Source of the DNA: Macrostomum lignano
Lineage: Eukaryota
Direction: 5' to 3'
Length of the DNA: 64,000 bases
Assembly: GCA_002269645.1 (NCBI GenBank)
Contig: NIVC01002550.1
Location: 1 to 64,000, forward strand
The notes beneath the pieces were generated by a model. That model searched no databases. It had not been told where the DNA came from and saw only the letters and a list, made by a program, of their open reading frames with translations. Below, piece after piece: positions 47,369-59,700 of this stretch. The stretch's first letter is position 1; the number at the start of each line of letters is the position of its first letter. A program made the position numbers and the translations under genes.

Positions 47369-47778
47369 TAAACTAATATTTTGACGCTGTCGCTACTACT
47401 ATTAGTTAAGTTAAATTTCCTATGGTCAAAAATATGTTTGATTGCCTTTTAAAATGTCTGGATTCGCCTTGATTCTCAACCTTAAAGCCAGTCACGCATG
47501 TAAGTCGCACGTGGAAGTTTTAGACTTTTATTTTCTAAGAAGTAAAGGGCTAAAACAAAATAAATAGAAGTAAGAACCAGAAAAGATTTATTCTTATAAT
47601 TTTACATATAATTTTTAATTAAAAATGTTTTTAAATGCAAAAATGAAGAAAATAATATATTATGCTTTCAAAAACGCTTGTCTGCTCTAGATTCCAGCGT
47701 AGTGTACAAATTTGACCTGCTGAAACTGAGTAGATTTTTTTATATAATCGTACTTTTTTTTCTTGCAATTTCCTTAAG
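47369..47778. promoter_or_regulatory. Probable bidirectional promoter between PWP1 and the DNAAF8-like gene
   Basis: Divergent ATGs at 47368(-) and 47779(+), 410 bp apart; CACGTG E-box at 47508-47513. Confidence 0.6.
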
Positions 47779-50700
47779 ATGGACTCAAATGAAGAGAATG
47801 AACTAAGCTTTAAGCTACCAGAAGTTCATTTTAGCGACGATGACGATGACGAAACATCTTCCACAGGTGGATCAAATGTGAGATAGCGAATCAAACTTTA
47901 AGTTATTTAAGACTATTTTCTTTCAAGTGTAGCAGCTTTTCGTGTGATTTGCACTGTTTTCCTTAGACCATAATCGGATATCACAAAAATAATTTACCCG
48001 GTGTCCTATCTGTAAAGGAAGACCAAATACCCTACCTTACTTAAGGCGTACTTAATTTATATGAATCCACAAAATTACTTAAAAACATGTATCATCATAT
48101 CAAAAAGTTTGTCTACATGCTATAATTTTTATAAAAACGCCATACCTTATATTCCACTACAGTCTTTTCATTACGCTTTGCAATTTTTTTGTAAGTTTTA
48201 TAAAGTGATCTCTGAACTTATAATTCACAACAAATAGATTCTCATTTCACATTCATTTCCCTTCATACGAAAAATCACCTGAATGTAAAGTGTATTGTAC
48301 TTGATTTTTTATTTTAAATAACTACAGATTCAGATTTTTTCCCGGCCAACCCTGGGCAATGAAGAGTCAGGCGATATCGACCTCAGCTTTTTGGATGTAA
48401 GATTCTTAAATGATTTGTTAAAGTACATTTTTTAATACAGTTTGACTGAATTAAATATTGTGCTCAATACTTTTATTCAGGACTCCAACTCGCTGGACTG
48501 GCAGGGTGAAGCTGAAGTTGGAGACAACAGCGACATGGCCGTCGATTTTCCAGAACCGGTGCGCGACATCGCCTCTGGGTTTTGGTCAGCGAAAGAAGAC
48601 TCAGCAGAGATGCAGAAACCGTATTTTACCGCGACAACACAATCCATGTCGTCAGGGACGCAGTGCGACGCCGACCAGAGCGCCGTGCCAAAACGGTTTG
48701 CCTCGGCCGGAACCTCCACGGCTGCATCTTCGCCAGGGGCTCCCGCTCTGAAGACTTCGACGGAGGTGAAAAAATCCACGACGCTGGCCAGCTCAGCTGG
48801 CCGCAGCAACGGCGGCAGCTGGGCGCCTTTGAAGCTCGGCGACGTTGCCGATGCGCAGCTGTCGAAAGTGCTGGACCAGCTCCAGCTGCCTGATGAGCCC
48901 GCTGACATCGACATCACCAGCTTGACGGCTGAGCCTGGTGAGTTGCCAACTGTCTGTCTGTCAGCTGTAGTGTCTGTCAGCTGTAATGTCTGTCAGCTGT
49001 AGTGTCTGTCAGCTCAAGTGTCCGTCAGCTGTAGTGTCTGTCAGCTGTAGTGTCTGTCAGCTGTAGTGTCTGTCGGCTCAAGTGTCTGTCAGCTGTAGTG
49101 TCTGTCGGCTCAAGTGTCTGTCAGCTGTAGTGTCTGTCGGCTCAAGTGTCTGTCAGCTGTAGTGTCTGTCGGCTCAAGTGTCTGTCAGCTGTAGTGTCTG
49201 TCAGCTGTAATGTCTGTCAGCTGTAGTGTCTGTCAGCTCAAGTGTCCGTCAGCTGTAGTGTCTGTCAGCTCAAGTGTCTATCAGCTTTAGTGTCTGTCAG
49301 CTGTAGTGTCTGTCAGCTGTAGTGTCTGTCAGCTGTAGTGTCTGTCAGCTCAAGTGTCTGTCAGCTTTAGTGTCTGTCAGCTGTAGTGTCTGTCAGCTGT
49401 AGTGTCTGTCAGCTCAAGTGTCCGTCAGCTCGTGTCCGTCAGCTGTAGTGTCTGTCAGCTGATGTGTCTGTCAGCTCAAGTGTCTGTCAGCTCAAGTGTC
49501 CGTCAGCTGTAGTGTCTATCAGCTCGTGTCCGTCAGCTGTAGTTTCTGTCAGCTGTAGTGTCTGTCAGCTGTAGTGTCTGTCAGCTGTAGTTTCTGTCAG
49601 CTGTAGTGTCTGTCAGCTGTAGTGTCTGTCAGCTTTAGTGTCTGTCAGCTCAAGTGTCCGTCAGCTGTAGTGTCCGTAAGCTGTAGTGTCTGTCAGCTGT
49701 AGTTTCTGTCAGCTCTAGTGTCTGTCAGCTCAAGTGTCTGTCAGCTGATGTGTCTGTCAGCTGTAGTGTCTGTCAGCTGTAGTGTCTGTCAGCTTTAGTG
49801 TCTGTTAGCTCAAGTGTCCGTCAGCTGTAGTGTCTGTCAGCTCAAGTGTCCGGCAGCTGTAGTGTCTGTCAGCTCGTGTCCGTCAGCTGTAGTGTCTGTC
49901 AGCTCTAGCGATTTGTCCGCATTCCCGACAGATGCAGCCCGCAACGACGAGCTGCTCCGTCAGTTGAGCCAGCACAGCCTGATGTTCAGCGGTTCCAGAC
50001 AGCCGAAACCGCAACCGGCTCCGCCAGCCAGCCGCAGCCCAGCATCAACAAGCACAGCAGTGGCTACTAGCACTACTAACAGTAGCAGCGGTGCGGCAGC
50101 ATACGCGGACTCGCTCACTGATCGGGCACTGCAAGCTATGGAAGCGTCTGCTAAACGACAAACAGTTCGAGTTGACCTTCGACACAGCCAAGCTGCATCG
50201 CTGCAGATGTCCGACCTGCTGCGGTTTGGCCCGACGCTGTTGGACTCGTCGGAGGCGAAGGCTAACGCCACGGCGGCTGGAGACAATCATCGAGAGAGCA
50301 GCTCGGAGGATGAGGACGATAGCGCAGCGGGAGGTCTCTGGCTGGACTCGTATCGACGGGCTAAACAGGCTGGATGGTTAGTGGCTGGTGTGTTGCCTTG
50401 CAATCGGTCCCCTCAGCAGCCTTAGCAACCCCCCAAACAAAAATTCTCCCAAAATTTAGGCCAGCCAATTCCCAGGCCAACTTGAAGCGTCCGCCGGCTC
50501 AAAAAGTCTCGACAACAGCCTTCGCTGGGACAAAGACTTCACCCGTTGCTGGCGGTGACGCGGCCTCTGACAAAGACTCACAGCCAGTTCCCGCTGTGTC
50601 TCAAAAAGAGAATGGCCTGTCAAAGACGGCATCGAGCGGACAGCATAAACTGTCTGGTGATTCAGCAGCAAACTCGGCGTTGAACCCAGAAAATGTTAGC

Positions 50701-53700
50701 ATGGCTGCGCCGCAAACTCTTTCGCCAGCTGCTGATTTGGAGAAAAAGTTGCAAGCAATGTGAGTAAAAAACTGCTTTGTTGAAGGAATATTTTCAGAGT
50801 GTACATGTATCGTATGGTGGCGACATTGAACCCCATTTCCACTGTCTATTGAAGCGACAGTCAATCCCATTTCCACTGTCTATTGATGCAACGATCAACT
50901 CCATTTCCACTGTCTATTGAAGCAACAATCAATCCCATTTCCACTGTCTATTGAAGCAACAATCAATCCCATTTCCACTGTCTATTGAAGCGACAGTCAA
51001 TCCCATTTCCACTGTCTATTGAAGCGACAGTCAATCCCATTTCCACTGTCTATTGAAGCGACAGTCAACCACATTTCCACTGTCTATTGAAGCGACATTC
51101 AACCCCATTTCCACTGTCTATTGAAGCGACAGTCAATCCCATTTCCACTGTCTATTGAAGCGACAGTCAATCCCATTTCCACTGTCTATTGAAGCGACAG
51201 TCAATCCCATTTCCACTGTCTATTGAAGCAACGATCAATCCCATTTCCACTGTCTATTGAAGCGACAGTCAACCACATTTCCACTGTCTATTGAAGCGAC
51301 ATTCAACCCCATTTCCACTGTCTATTGAAGCGACAGTCAATCCCATTTCCACTGTCTATTGAAGCGACAGTCAATCCCATTTCCACTGTCTATTGAAGCG
51401 ACATTCAATCCCATTTCCACTGTCTATTGAAGCGACAGTCAACCACATTTCCACTGTCTATTGAAGCGACAGTCAATCCCATTTCCACTGTCTATTGAAG
51501 CGACAGTCAACCCCATTTCCACTGTCTATTGAAGCAACGATCAACCCCATTTCCACTGTCTATTGAAGCGACAGTCAATCCCATTTCCACTGTCTATTGA
51601 AGCGACAGTCAATCCCATTTCCACTGTCTATTGAAGCGACAGTCAATCCCATTTCCACTGTCTATTGAAGCAACGATCAACCCCATTTCCACTGTCTATT
51701 GAAGCGACAGTCAACCCCATTTCCACTGTCTATTGAAGCGACAATCAACCCTATTAATACTAACTATTGGAGTGACAATCAGCCCCACAGATTTGACTGC
51801 CTAATCTCTCTAAAAGCATCTAAAAGTCCTTAAAAAAGCAGTTCGCCAACACCCACAAATTCTCCCCCAAAGGCGCCAGCGGGAAGCGGAGCTGTCACGC
51901 CGCCGATCGCTTCTGCTCGCTCTCCGAGACCTGGCGCCGAATCTCGTAGCGGTCGGCCTCGAACCGGTCGCTCATGATGACGTCAGCTTTACCGAGCCGG
52001 CTCCCGAGCCTCTTGACCCGTCCTGCCGCCAGTCGGAGAATCTGCTGCTCCTAGAAGCCCGGCTAAGTCCATGCGGTCAGCTTCTGGGAGTCAACGGTCA
52101 GCCTCTGGACGTTGTTGACACTGCTCGCGATGCCAGCTACCACTGCTTGCTAGTCTGGCTACTCAGCCTGTCAGCTGCTCAGCCGAAACCAACCGATCCA
52201 CTGCACATCCTCGGACTTCGCCAGCTAGCGGACAGCGGCAGCGGCCAGCTCCGATTGCAAGTTGCCGCCCACGCCAACAGGGACATGCCGCTGCATCGCT
52301 ACCTGTCCGATACGAATCTTCATCAGGCCTGCTCAGCTTGGTTCAATGCCGAATTTAACGACCTATTCGTGAGTCGGCATCCGCTATCGACTCTGCTCAG
52401 CGTGAGTCGATCGATGGACGGTCGATCCTTGGCCAGCGACCGAGTCTCGATGTTCTGGTGTCCGTTGAGACGAGAGCCGTCCGGTCTGGTGGAGCACTGG
52501 CCACCCTGCTCTCTGCCTATGGAGGCCTCCGTGCTGGAGCTTGACAGGGATCTGGCGGCTGCTCAGCCGGCGAGGATGCTCCGCCTGCTGCGGTCTGTGG
52601 CATCGGCTGGCTGCGACTTGGCCGGAGTTCGAATGATTTATTCGGCGGCAAAATCGCAGGCGGCCACACTGGCCATCGCTGTGCGCGGCTGCGGGGCAGT
52701 GGCGGCCATGCGATCGGTTGCCGCTTCCGGCGGCGTGTTTGAAGGCCGGCGCGACGGCTGGGCGGTTAGTCGCTATGCGGAGAGTGTGCCCAGGTAGTTA
52801 ATTAAAATCATTGTTGCTATGGGGAAGTTAAACCGAGTTTAGGATTTTGTTACTGAAAAGGCGAGTTGAGTACAGGTTTTTTGCTATGGGGAAATATAGA
52901 TTGAGTATGGGTTTGTTTCTATGGGTAATATACTCGTAGATTGAGTATGGGTTTGTTTCTATGAGAAAGGTTATTGAGTATGGGTTTGTTTGCCATGGGA
53001 AGGTAGATTAAGCAGGGGTTTGTTGCTATGGGGAATGTAAGCACTTGTATATTAATATTATAATACCATGTTATATATTAAGCATGGGTTTGTTGCTATG
53101 GGGAAGGTAAATCAAGTATAGGTTTGTTGCTAAGTGCGCCAAGTTAAACTGATGGAGTTCTTTCTCTCCCTGACAGAGAGCTGGCCCGCTACTTTGGTGG
53201 CCGCCTGTCGCCAAAGATGACTCAGTCGCAGGTTCGAGCCCTGGCCCCCGACCGCGAGGATTTAAGCTGCGTAGCCAGATTGCTGACGGCGGCGCCCTTG
53301 GAGGACGTGGCGATGTTGGCCTCGCCTCTGGTCACTGAGATCGGCTGGGTGAGCAGTTGCTGGGCTGCTGAATGGCCGTTTAAGTTTTCTATACAAAACA
53401 GGTTCATTTGTCAGAAGTTTAACCTGTCAGAAGTTGACCTGTCAGAAGTTAACCTGTCAGAAGTTGAACCTGTCAGAAGTTGAACCTGTCAGAAGTTGAC
53501 CTGTCAGAAGCTTAACCTGTCAGAAGCTTAACCCGTCAGAAGTTGACCTGTCAGAAGCTTAACCTGTCAGAAGTTGAACCTGTCAGAAGTTGACCCGTCA
53601 GAAGTTGAACCTGTCAGAAGTTGACCTGTCAGAAGTTGAACCTGTCAGAAGTTTAACCTGTCAGAAGTTGACCCGTCAGAAGTTGAACCTGTCAGAAGTT

Positions 53701-56700
53701 GACCTGTCAGAAGTTGAACCTGTCAGAAGTTTAACCTGTCAGAAGTTTAACCTGTAAGAAGTTTAACCTGTCAGAAGTTGAACCTGTCAGAAGTTTAACC
53801 TGTCAAAAGTTGACCCGTCAGAAGTTGACCTGTCAGAAGTTGAACCTGTCAGAAGTTTAACCTGTCAGAAGTTGAACCTGTCAGAAGAGTTTAGCCTGTC
53901 AGAAGAGTTTAACCTGTCAGAAGCTTAACCTGTCAGAAGCTTAACCCGTCAGAAGTTGACCTGTCAGAAGCTTAACCTGTCAGAAGTTGACCCTGTCAGA
54001 AGTTGACCCGTCAGAAGTTGAACCTGTCAGAAGTTTAACCTGTCAGAAGTTGAACCTGTCAGAAGAGTTTAGCCTGTCAGAAGAGTTTAACCTGTCAGAA
54101 GCTTAACCTGTCAGAAGCTTAACCCGTCAGAAGTTGACCTGCCAGAAGCTTAACCTGTCAGAAGTTGAACCTGTCAGAAGTTGACCCGTCAGAAGTTGAA
54201 CCTGTCAGAAGTTGACCTGTCAGAAGTTGAACCTGTCAGAAGTTTAACCTGTCAGAAGTTAACCTGTCAGAAGTTTAACCTGTCAAAAGTTGAGCCTGTC
54301 AGAAGTTGAACCTGTCAGAAGTTTAACCTGTAAGAAGTTTAACCTGTCAGAAGTTGAACCTGTCAGAAGTTTAACCTGTCAAAAGTTGACCCGTCAGAAG
54401 TTGACCTGTCAGAAGTTTAACCTGTAAGAAGTTTAACCTGTCAGAAGTTGAACCTGTCAGAAGTTTAACCTGTCAAAAGTTGACCCGTCAGAAGTTGACC
54501 TGTCAGAAGTTAACCTGTCAGAAGTTTAACCTGTCAGAAGTTGAACCTGTCAGAAGAGTTTAGCCTGTCAGAAGAGTTTAACCTGTCAGAAGCTTAACCT
54601 GTCAGAAGCTTAACCCGTCAGAAGTTGACCTGTCAGAAGCTTAACCTGTCAGAAGTTGAACCTGTCAGAAGTTGACCCGTCAGAAGTTGAACCTGTCAGA
54701 AGTTTAACCTGTCAGAAGTTGAACCTGTCAGAAGAGTTTAGCCTGTCAGAAGAGTTTAACCTGTCAGAAGCTTAACCTGTCAGAAGCTTAACCCGTCAGA
54801 AGTTGACCTGTCAGAAGCTTAACCTGTCAGAAGTTGAACCTGTCAGAAGTTGACCCGTCAGAAGTTGAACCTGTCAGAAGTTGACCTGTCAGAAGTTGAA
54901 CCTGTCAGAAGTTTAACCTGTCAGAAGTTAACCTGTCAGAAGTTTAACCTGTCAAAAGTTGAGCCTGTCAGAAGTTGAACCTGTCAGAAGTTTAACCTGT
55001 AAGAAGTTTAACCTGTCAGAAGTTGAACCTGTCAGAAGTTTAACCTGTCAAAAGTTGACCCGTCAGAAGTTGACCTGTCAGAAGTTAACCTGTCAGAAGT
55101 TTAACCTGTCAGAAGTTGAACCTGTCAGAAGAGTTTAGCCTGTCAGAAGAGTTTAACCTGTCAGAAGCTTAACCTGTCAGAAGCTTAACCCGTCAGAAGT
55201 TGACCTGTCAGAAGCTTAACCTGTCAGAAGTTGAACCTGTCAGAAGTTGACCCGTCAGAAGTTGAACCTGTCAGAAGTTGACCTGTCAGAAGTTGAACCT
55301 GTCAGAAGTTTAACCTGTCAGAAGTTAACCTGTCAGAAGTTTAACCTGTCAAAAGTTTAACCTGTCAAAAGTTGACCCGTCAGAAGTTGACCTGTCAGAA
55401 GTTGACCTGTCAGAAGTTAACCTGTCAGAAGTTTAACCTGTCAGAAGTTGAACCTGTCAGAAGAGTTTAGCCTGTCAGAAGTTGACCTGTCAGAAGCTTA
55501 ACCTGTCAGAAGCTTAACCTGTCAGAAGAGTTTAACCTGTCAGAAGAGTTTAACCTGTCAGAAGTCCCCTACCTGTTAAAGGTTTACCTGTCAATATAAA
55601 ACCATTCTCAGGTGATTCATCTAGCCAGCGAAGGCGGCTTCGCTCTGATTGGCTGTCGAAGAGTGCAGCTGCACCGAGACGAGCTGGCCAATTTGTTAGG
55701 CATGGCTGACAGCCAAGCCGCCTGCTTCTCAAACGGAGTCGCCTGCGTTCTGCTTCTCAGACGCGAAAACGCGCTGCATCACGCCGGCGCCTTCATCCAG
55801 AATGTGGTGAAGGAGATCAAGTCAAGGAGAGAGCTGGGTGAGAAGAAATCAAGACTATTGTCAAGTAGGACTTGAAGTATTAAATAATGCTCTGTGCTGC
55901 TCTACCCATTGAAGATCGATGAAAATAATTTTTCTGATTAACTTTTGACCACAGCCATTTTTAGTATATGGACTAGCAATTTAGTGCCCCCCTTTGGGGC
56001 GGCCAATAATCAAGGGACGAAAATTGTCCTCTAGAATAAAAAAGCACATTTTCTTAGAAGCATTCCTCGATGAGATTTTATAAATCACCTTATTTGGGTA
56101 AATCTCTGTCAGAAACTTGACACCTCTTAGTTTACTAGTGAGTAGTCTGACATGATTTGCAAAGCTAAAATACAGTTTTAAATAAAATATTCTGATTTAC
56201 AGGCGTCCCAGCGTCGCTGCTTTTCTTTGCCATGCCGTGCTTGTCAGCTGTGCTGCAAACTGTTCACTGTACGAGAATTGACTCGGTGAGTTGCCTCAGA
56301 GCGCCTCGTCGAATGAGGAACAGCTGGAGGGCAATGGCGCCTCATCAAATGGAGAACAGAAAGAAATGGCGCCTCATCAATTAAGAAACAGAGGAGACAA
56401 TGGTGCCTCATCGATTGGGGAACAGAGTAGAAAATGGTGCCTCATCAATCGGGGAACAGAGTGGATGGCGCCTCATCAATTGGGGAATAGAGGAGACAGT
56501 AGCGCCTCATCAAATGGGGAACAGAGTAGAAAATGGTGCCTCATCAATCGGGGAACAGAGTGGATGGCGCCTCATCAAATGGGGAACAGAGGAGACAATG
56601 GCGCCTCATCGATTGGGGAACAGAGGAGACAATGGCGCCTCATCAAATGGGGAACAGAGTAGAAAATGGTGCCTCATCAATCGGGGAACAGAGGAGACAA

Positions 56701-59700
56701 TGGCGCCTCATCAGTTGCGGAACAATTGGGGAACAATAGCGCCTCATCAAATGGGGAACAAAAGAAGACAATAGCGCCTCATCAAAGCAGCAGGTCACTG
56801 GAGCCCACAGTCACCAATCCGCTACACCCTCAGCTACCCAAGCTAAAATCGGACGCTCACCGACCTGAGGAGCCCCGCTACGCAGACCAGGAGCAGCTCG
56901 CCGTTCTCATCGTCTCCGGCCGGAATTTCCAAGCCATCGCCGCCGAACTGTTGGATCAGCTGGCCGAATTCGAGCTGCTCGGCTTGAAGTGCCTGCCTCG
57001 GTTTCCGCAGCTGCACGCTCATTTCGTTGCCGAGCAGTTGCTAGGCGGAAGTGGCGGCGGCAGCGAATGGCGAGCAGCCAAGCCGTTGATGGAGCTGCCA
57101 GCTCTGACGTCCGTCATCAGAGGCGTCGGGTTGATGCACCAACTCGACGCTATTGCGCCGCACTATCCAGCTTGCAGCGACTATCGACTGTTGCACAGCA
57201 CCTCCTGGCATCAGGCCTACTGGTGAGTGCATATTGTAATATTTCAACTGTTACCACCTACTGTTAGTAAAGTAATTTCAATAAAGTAGATAAATTTGAT
57301 TTTAAACATATTTTTTTAATATGTTACTCATAGTAAAGATACTGAAACTGCGAGTTGTAGACTTGAAATTTTAGGATGGCTTTTTTTAGGATGACTGGGG
57401 TATCAGGTTGTCAGGGGTGTCAGGTTGTCAGGGGTGTTAGGTTGTCAGGAGTGTCAGGTTGTCAGGCGTGTCAGGTTGTCAGGAGTGTCAGATTGTCAGG
57501 AGTGTCAGGTTGTCTGGAGTGTCAGGTTGTCAGGAGTGTCAGGAGTGTCAGCATCCAGGGTGTCAGAAGAATCAGGGTTGTCAGGGAAAGACTTTAAGCA
57601 ACTCGAATAGTGACTCCTGGAAAATCATGCGCAAACTGTCAATCAATCTACAATGTCCTTCACCCGCAGCCTCACTCGCAACTTATTCGCCGACTTCGAA
57701 CTGTTCGAATGCTCGGAGCGCCGGCCCTGTCTGCTGACCTGCCCGCCGCCGGAGGCCTCAGGTGCCTCAGCCGAAGCGGCCACCGTCCTCGCCCAGCTCA
57801 GACATCCCGGCCCCGATCGAGTGGTGACTCACAGCTACCTACTGCTCAGTAATAGTAGCAGTGGTAAAGGCGCAAGCAATGACGATCAACATTGGCACCT
57901 GCGAGCTGTTGCTAGGGCCGCTCGGCTGGTTGCTAGGGACGCTTTCGAACTCGACTGGCTAGGCCTGGTGCGTCAGCTCGACACTGACGAGTTTCAATGC
58001 GCTGTTCGGCTGCAGCGAGAAAACTCGGTGTCGGCCTTGATGTGCCGACGATCGGCTTTGGTCGAAGTTCTGCCAGCGAGGGTTGCCGTTGCTATGCCGA
58101 CAAACTGGCAAGAAGTGAACGATGTCGAAAAGAGACTGGGCATCGATCGATTGGTGAGGAGCAGATAGAGATGTTACGTTTTTGGAGAAGTTCGATTCCC
58201 GAATCCCACTCGGATAATAATTTGTATCCTTGAGCAAGACACTTAACTCTGCATTGCTTTAGTTCACCCAGCTGTAAAATGGGTGCCAGCATTAGCTGGG
58301 GTAATTGAAGGTGTGGGTGGCGACCCCCCAGTCCTTGGACTGAACAGCCGTACGCAGCCTTCAGATACGCCGCGCAATAGCTGCGGCTGAGCTGTCGGTT
58401 GCACATGTGCCCATTAGGGCAGGTGTAAGCAGTTATTTTATTATTATTGGAGGGAGGACTCCTCAAAAGTACCTGGGGAGAACAGGTAAAGAAGAGAACT
58501 CCTCGAAAGTACCTGGGGAGAACAGGTAAAAAGGAGCACTCCTCAAAAGTACCTGGGGAGAACAGGTATAAAGAAAAGCACTCCTCAAAGTACCTGGGGA
58601 AAACAGGTATAAAGAAAAGCACTCCTCAAAGTACCTGGGGAGAACAGGTAAAAGAGGAGCACTCCTCAAAAGTACCTGGAGAAAAGCAGGTTAAGAGGAG
58701 CAGTCCTCAAAAGTACTTGGGGAGAAACAGGTGAGGAAGGTTTATCCCCTAAAGGCACCTTAACGTATTTGAAGAAACGTGGAGAGAGGGGCTCCTAACC
58801 AAAGTTAGAAAGATCCAAATTTCAGATACACAAGCTGGTAGTTTGATCCTCAAAAAATTACGAAAACTCGAAACACCGCTTTGAAGATCGCGACCGATTT
58901 CGAGCTCCTCGCAGCATCTCAGCAGCAGCAATCGGCAGCGGCCAGCAGATACGCTGCCAACCCGTCGCCGCCTTCGACAGCCACCGCCGCTGGCGACTGC
59001 ACCGGCTTGTTGTGGCGCCTGCCAGCCGCTGATGCGCTGCCTCTGCTGGCCCGCCTCTGCGACCTGCTGCACCGTCGAGGCGTCCGACTAATCGGCTTGC
59101 GGAGCCTCCGCCTTGAAGCCGCAACACCCGGGCAGTGCGCCAGCCTCGGTCGCGACCTTCGACTGCACCGTCTGGAAGCAGCTGGGCACGATGGCCTGAG
59201 CAGGGACGGCGGGAGCCAACGGCGGCAGGTGGACGCTGTGCTGAATGTGAGAACACTGGTGATTGGCAATGAGTCACGTATGATTCTTAGAATCTCTGTA
59301 TTCGTATGATTTGGTGCTGGCGCCTCTGGTGCTGGCGCCTCTGGTGCTGGCGCCTCTGGTGCTGGCGCCTCTGGTGCTGGCGCCTCTGGTGCTGGCGCCT
59401 CTGGTGCTGGCGCCTCTGGTGCTGGCGCCTCTGGTGCTGGCGCCTCTGGTGCTGGCGCCTCTGGTGCTGGCGCCTCTGGTGCTGGCGCCTCTGGTGCTGG
59501 CGCCTCTGGTGCTGGCGCCTCTGGTGCTGGCGCCTCTGGTGCTGGCGCCTCTGGTGCTGGCGCCTCTGGTGCTGGCGCCTCTGGTGCTGGCGCCTCTGGT
59601 GCTGGCGCCTCTGGTGCTGGCGCCTCTGGTGCTGGCGCCTCTGGTGCTGGCGCCTCTGGTGCTGGCGCCTCTGGTGCTGGCGCCTCTGGTGCTGGCGCCT

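Noticed and set aside
50820-51752. CRISPR-like array (34-bp units; likewise the 30-34 bp arrays elsewhere)
   Set aside because: Head-to-tail repeats with no unique spacers, no cas genes and a eukaryotic intronic context.
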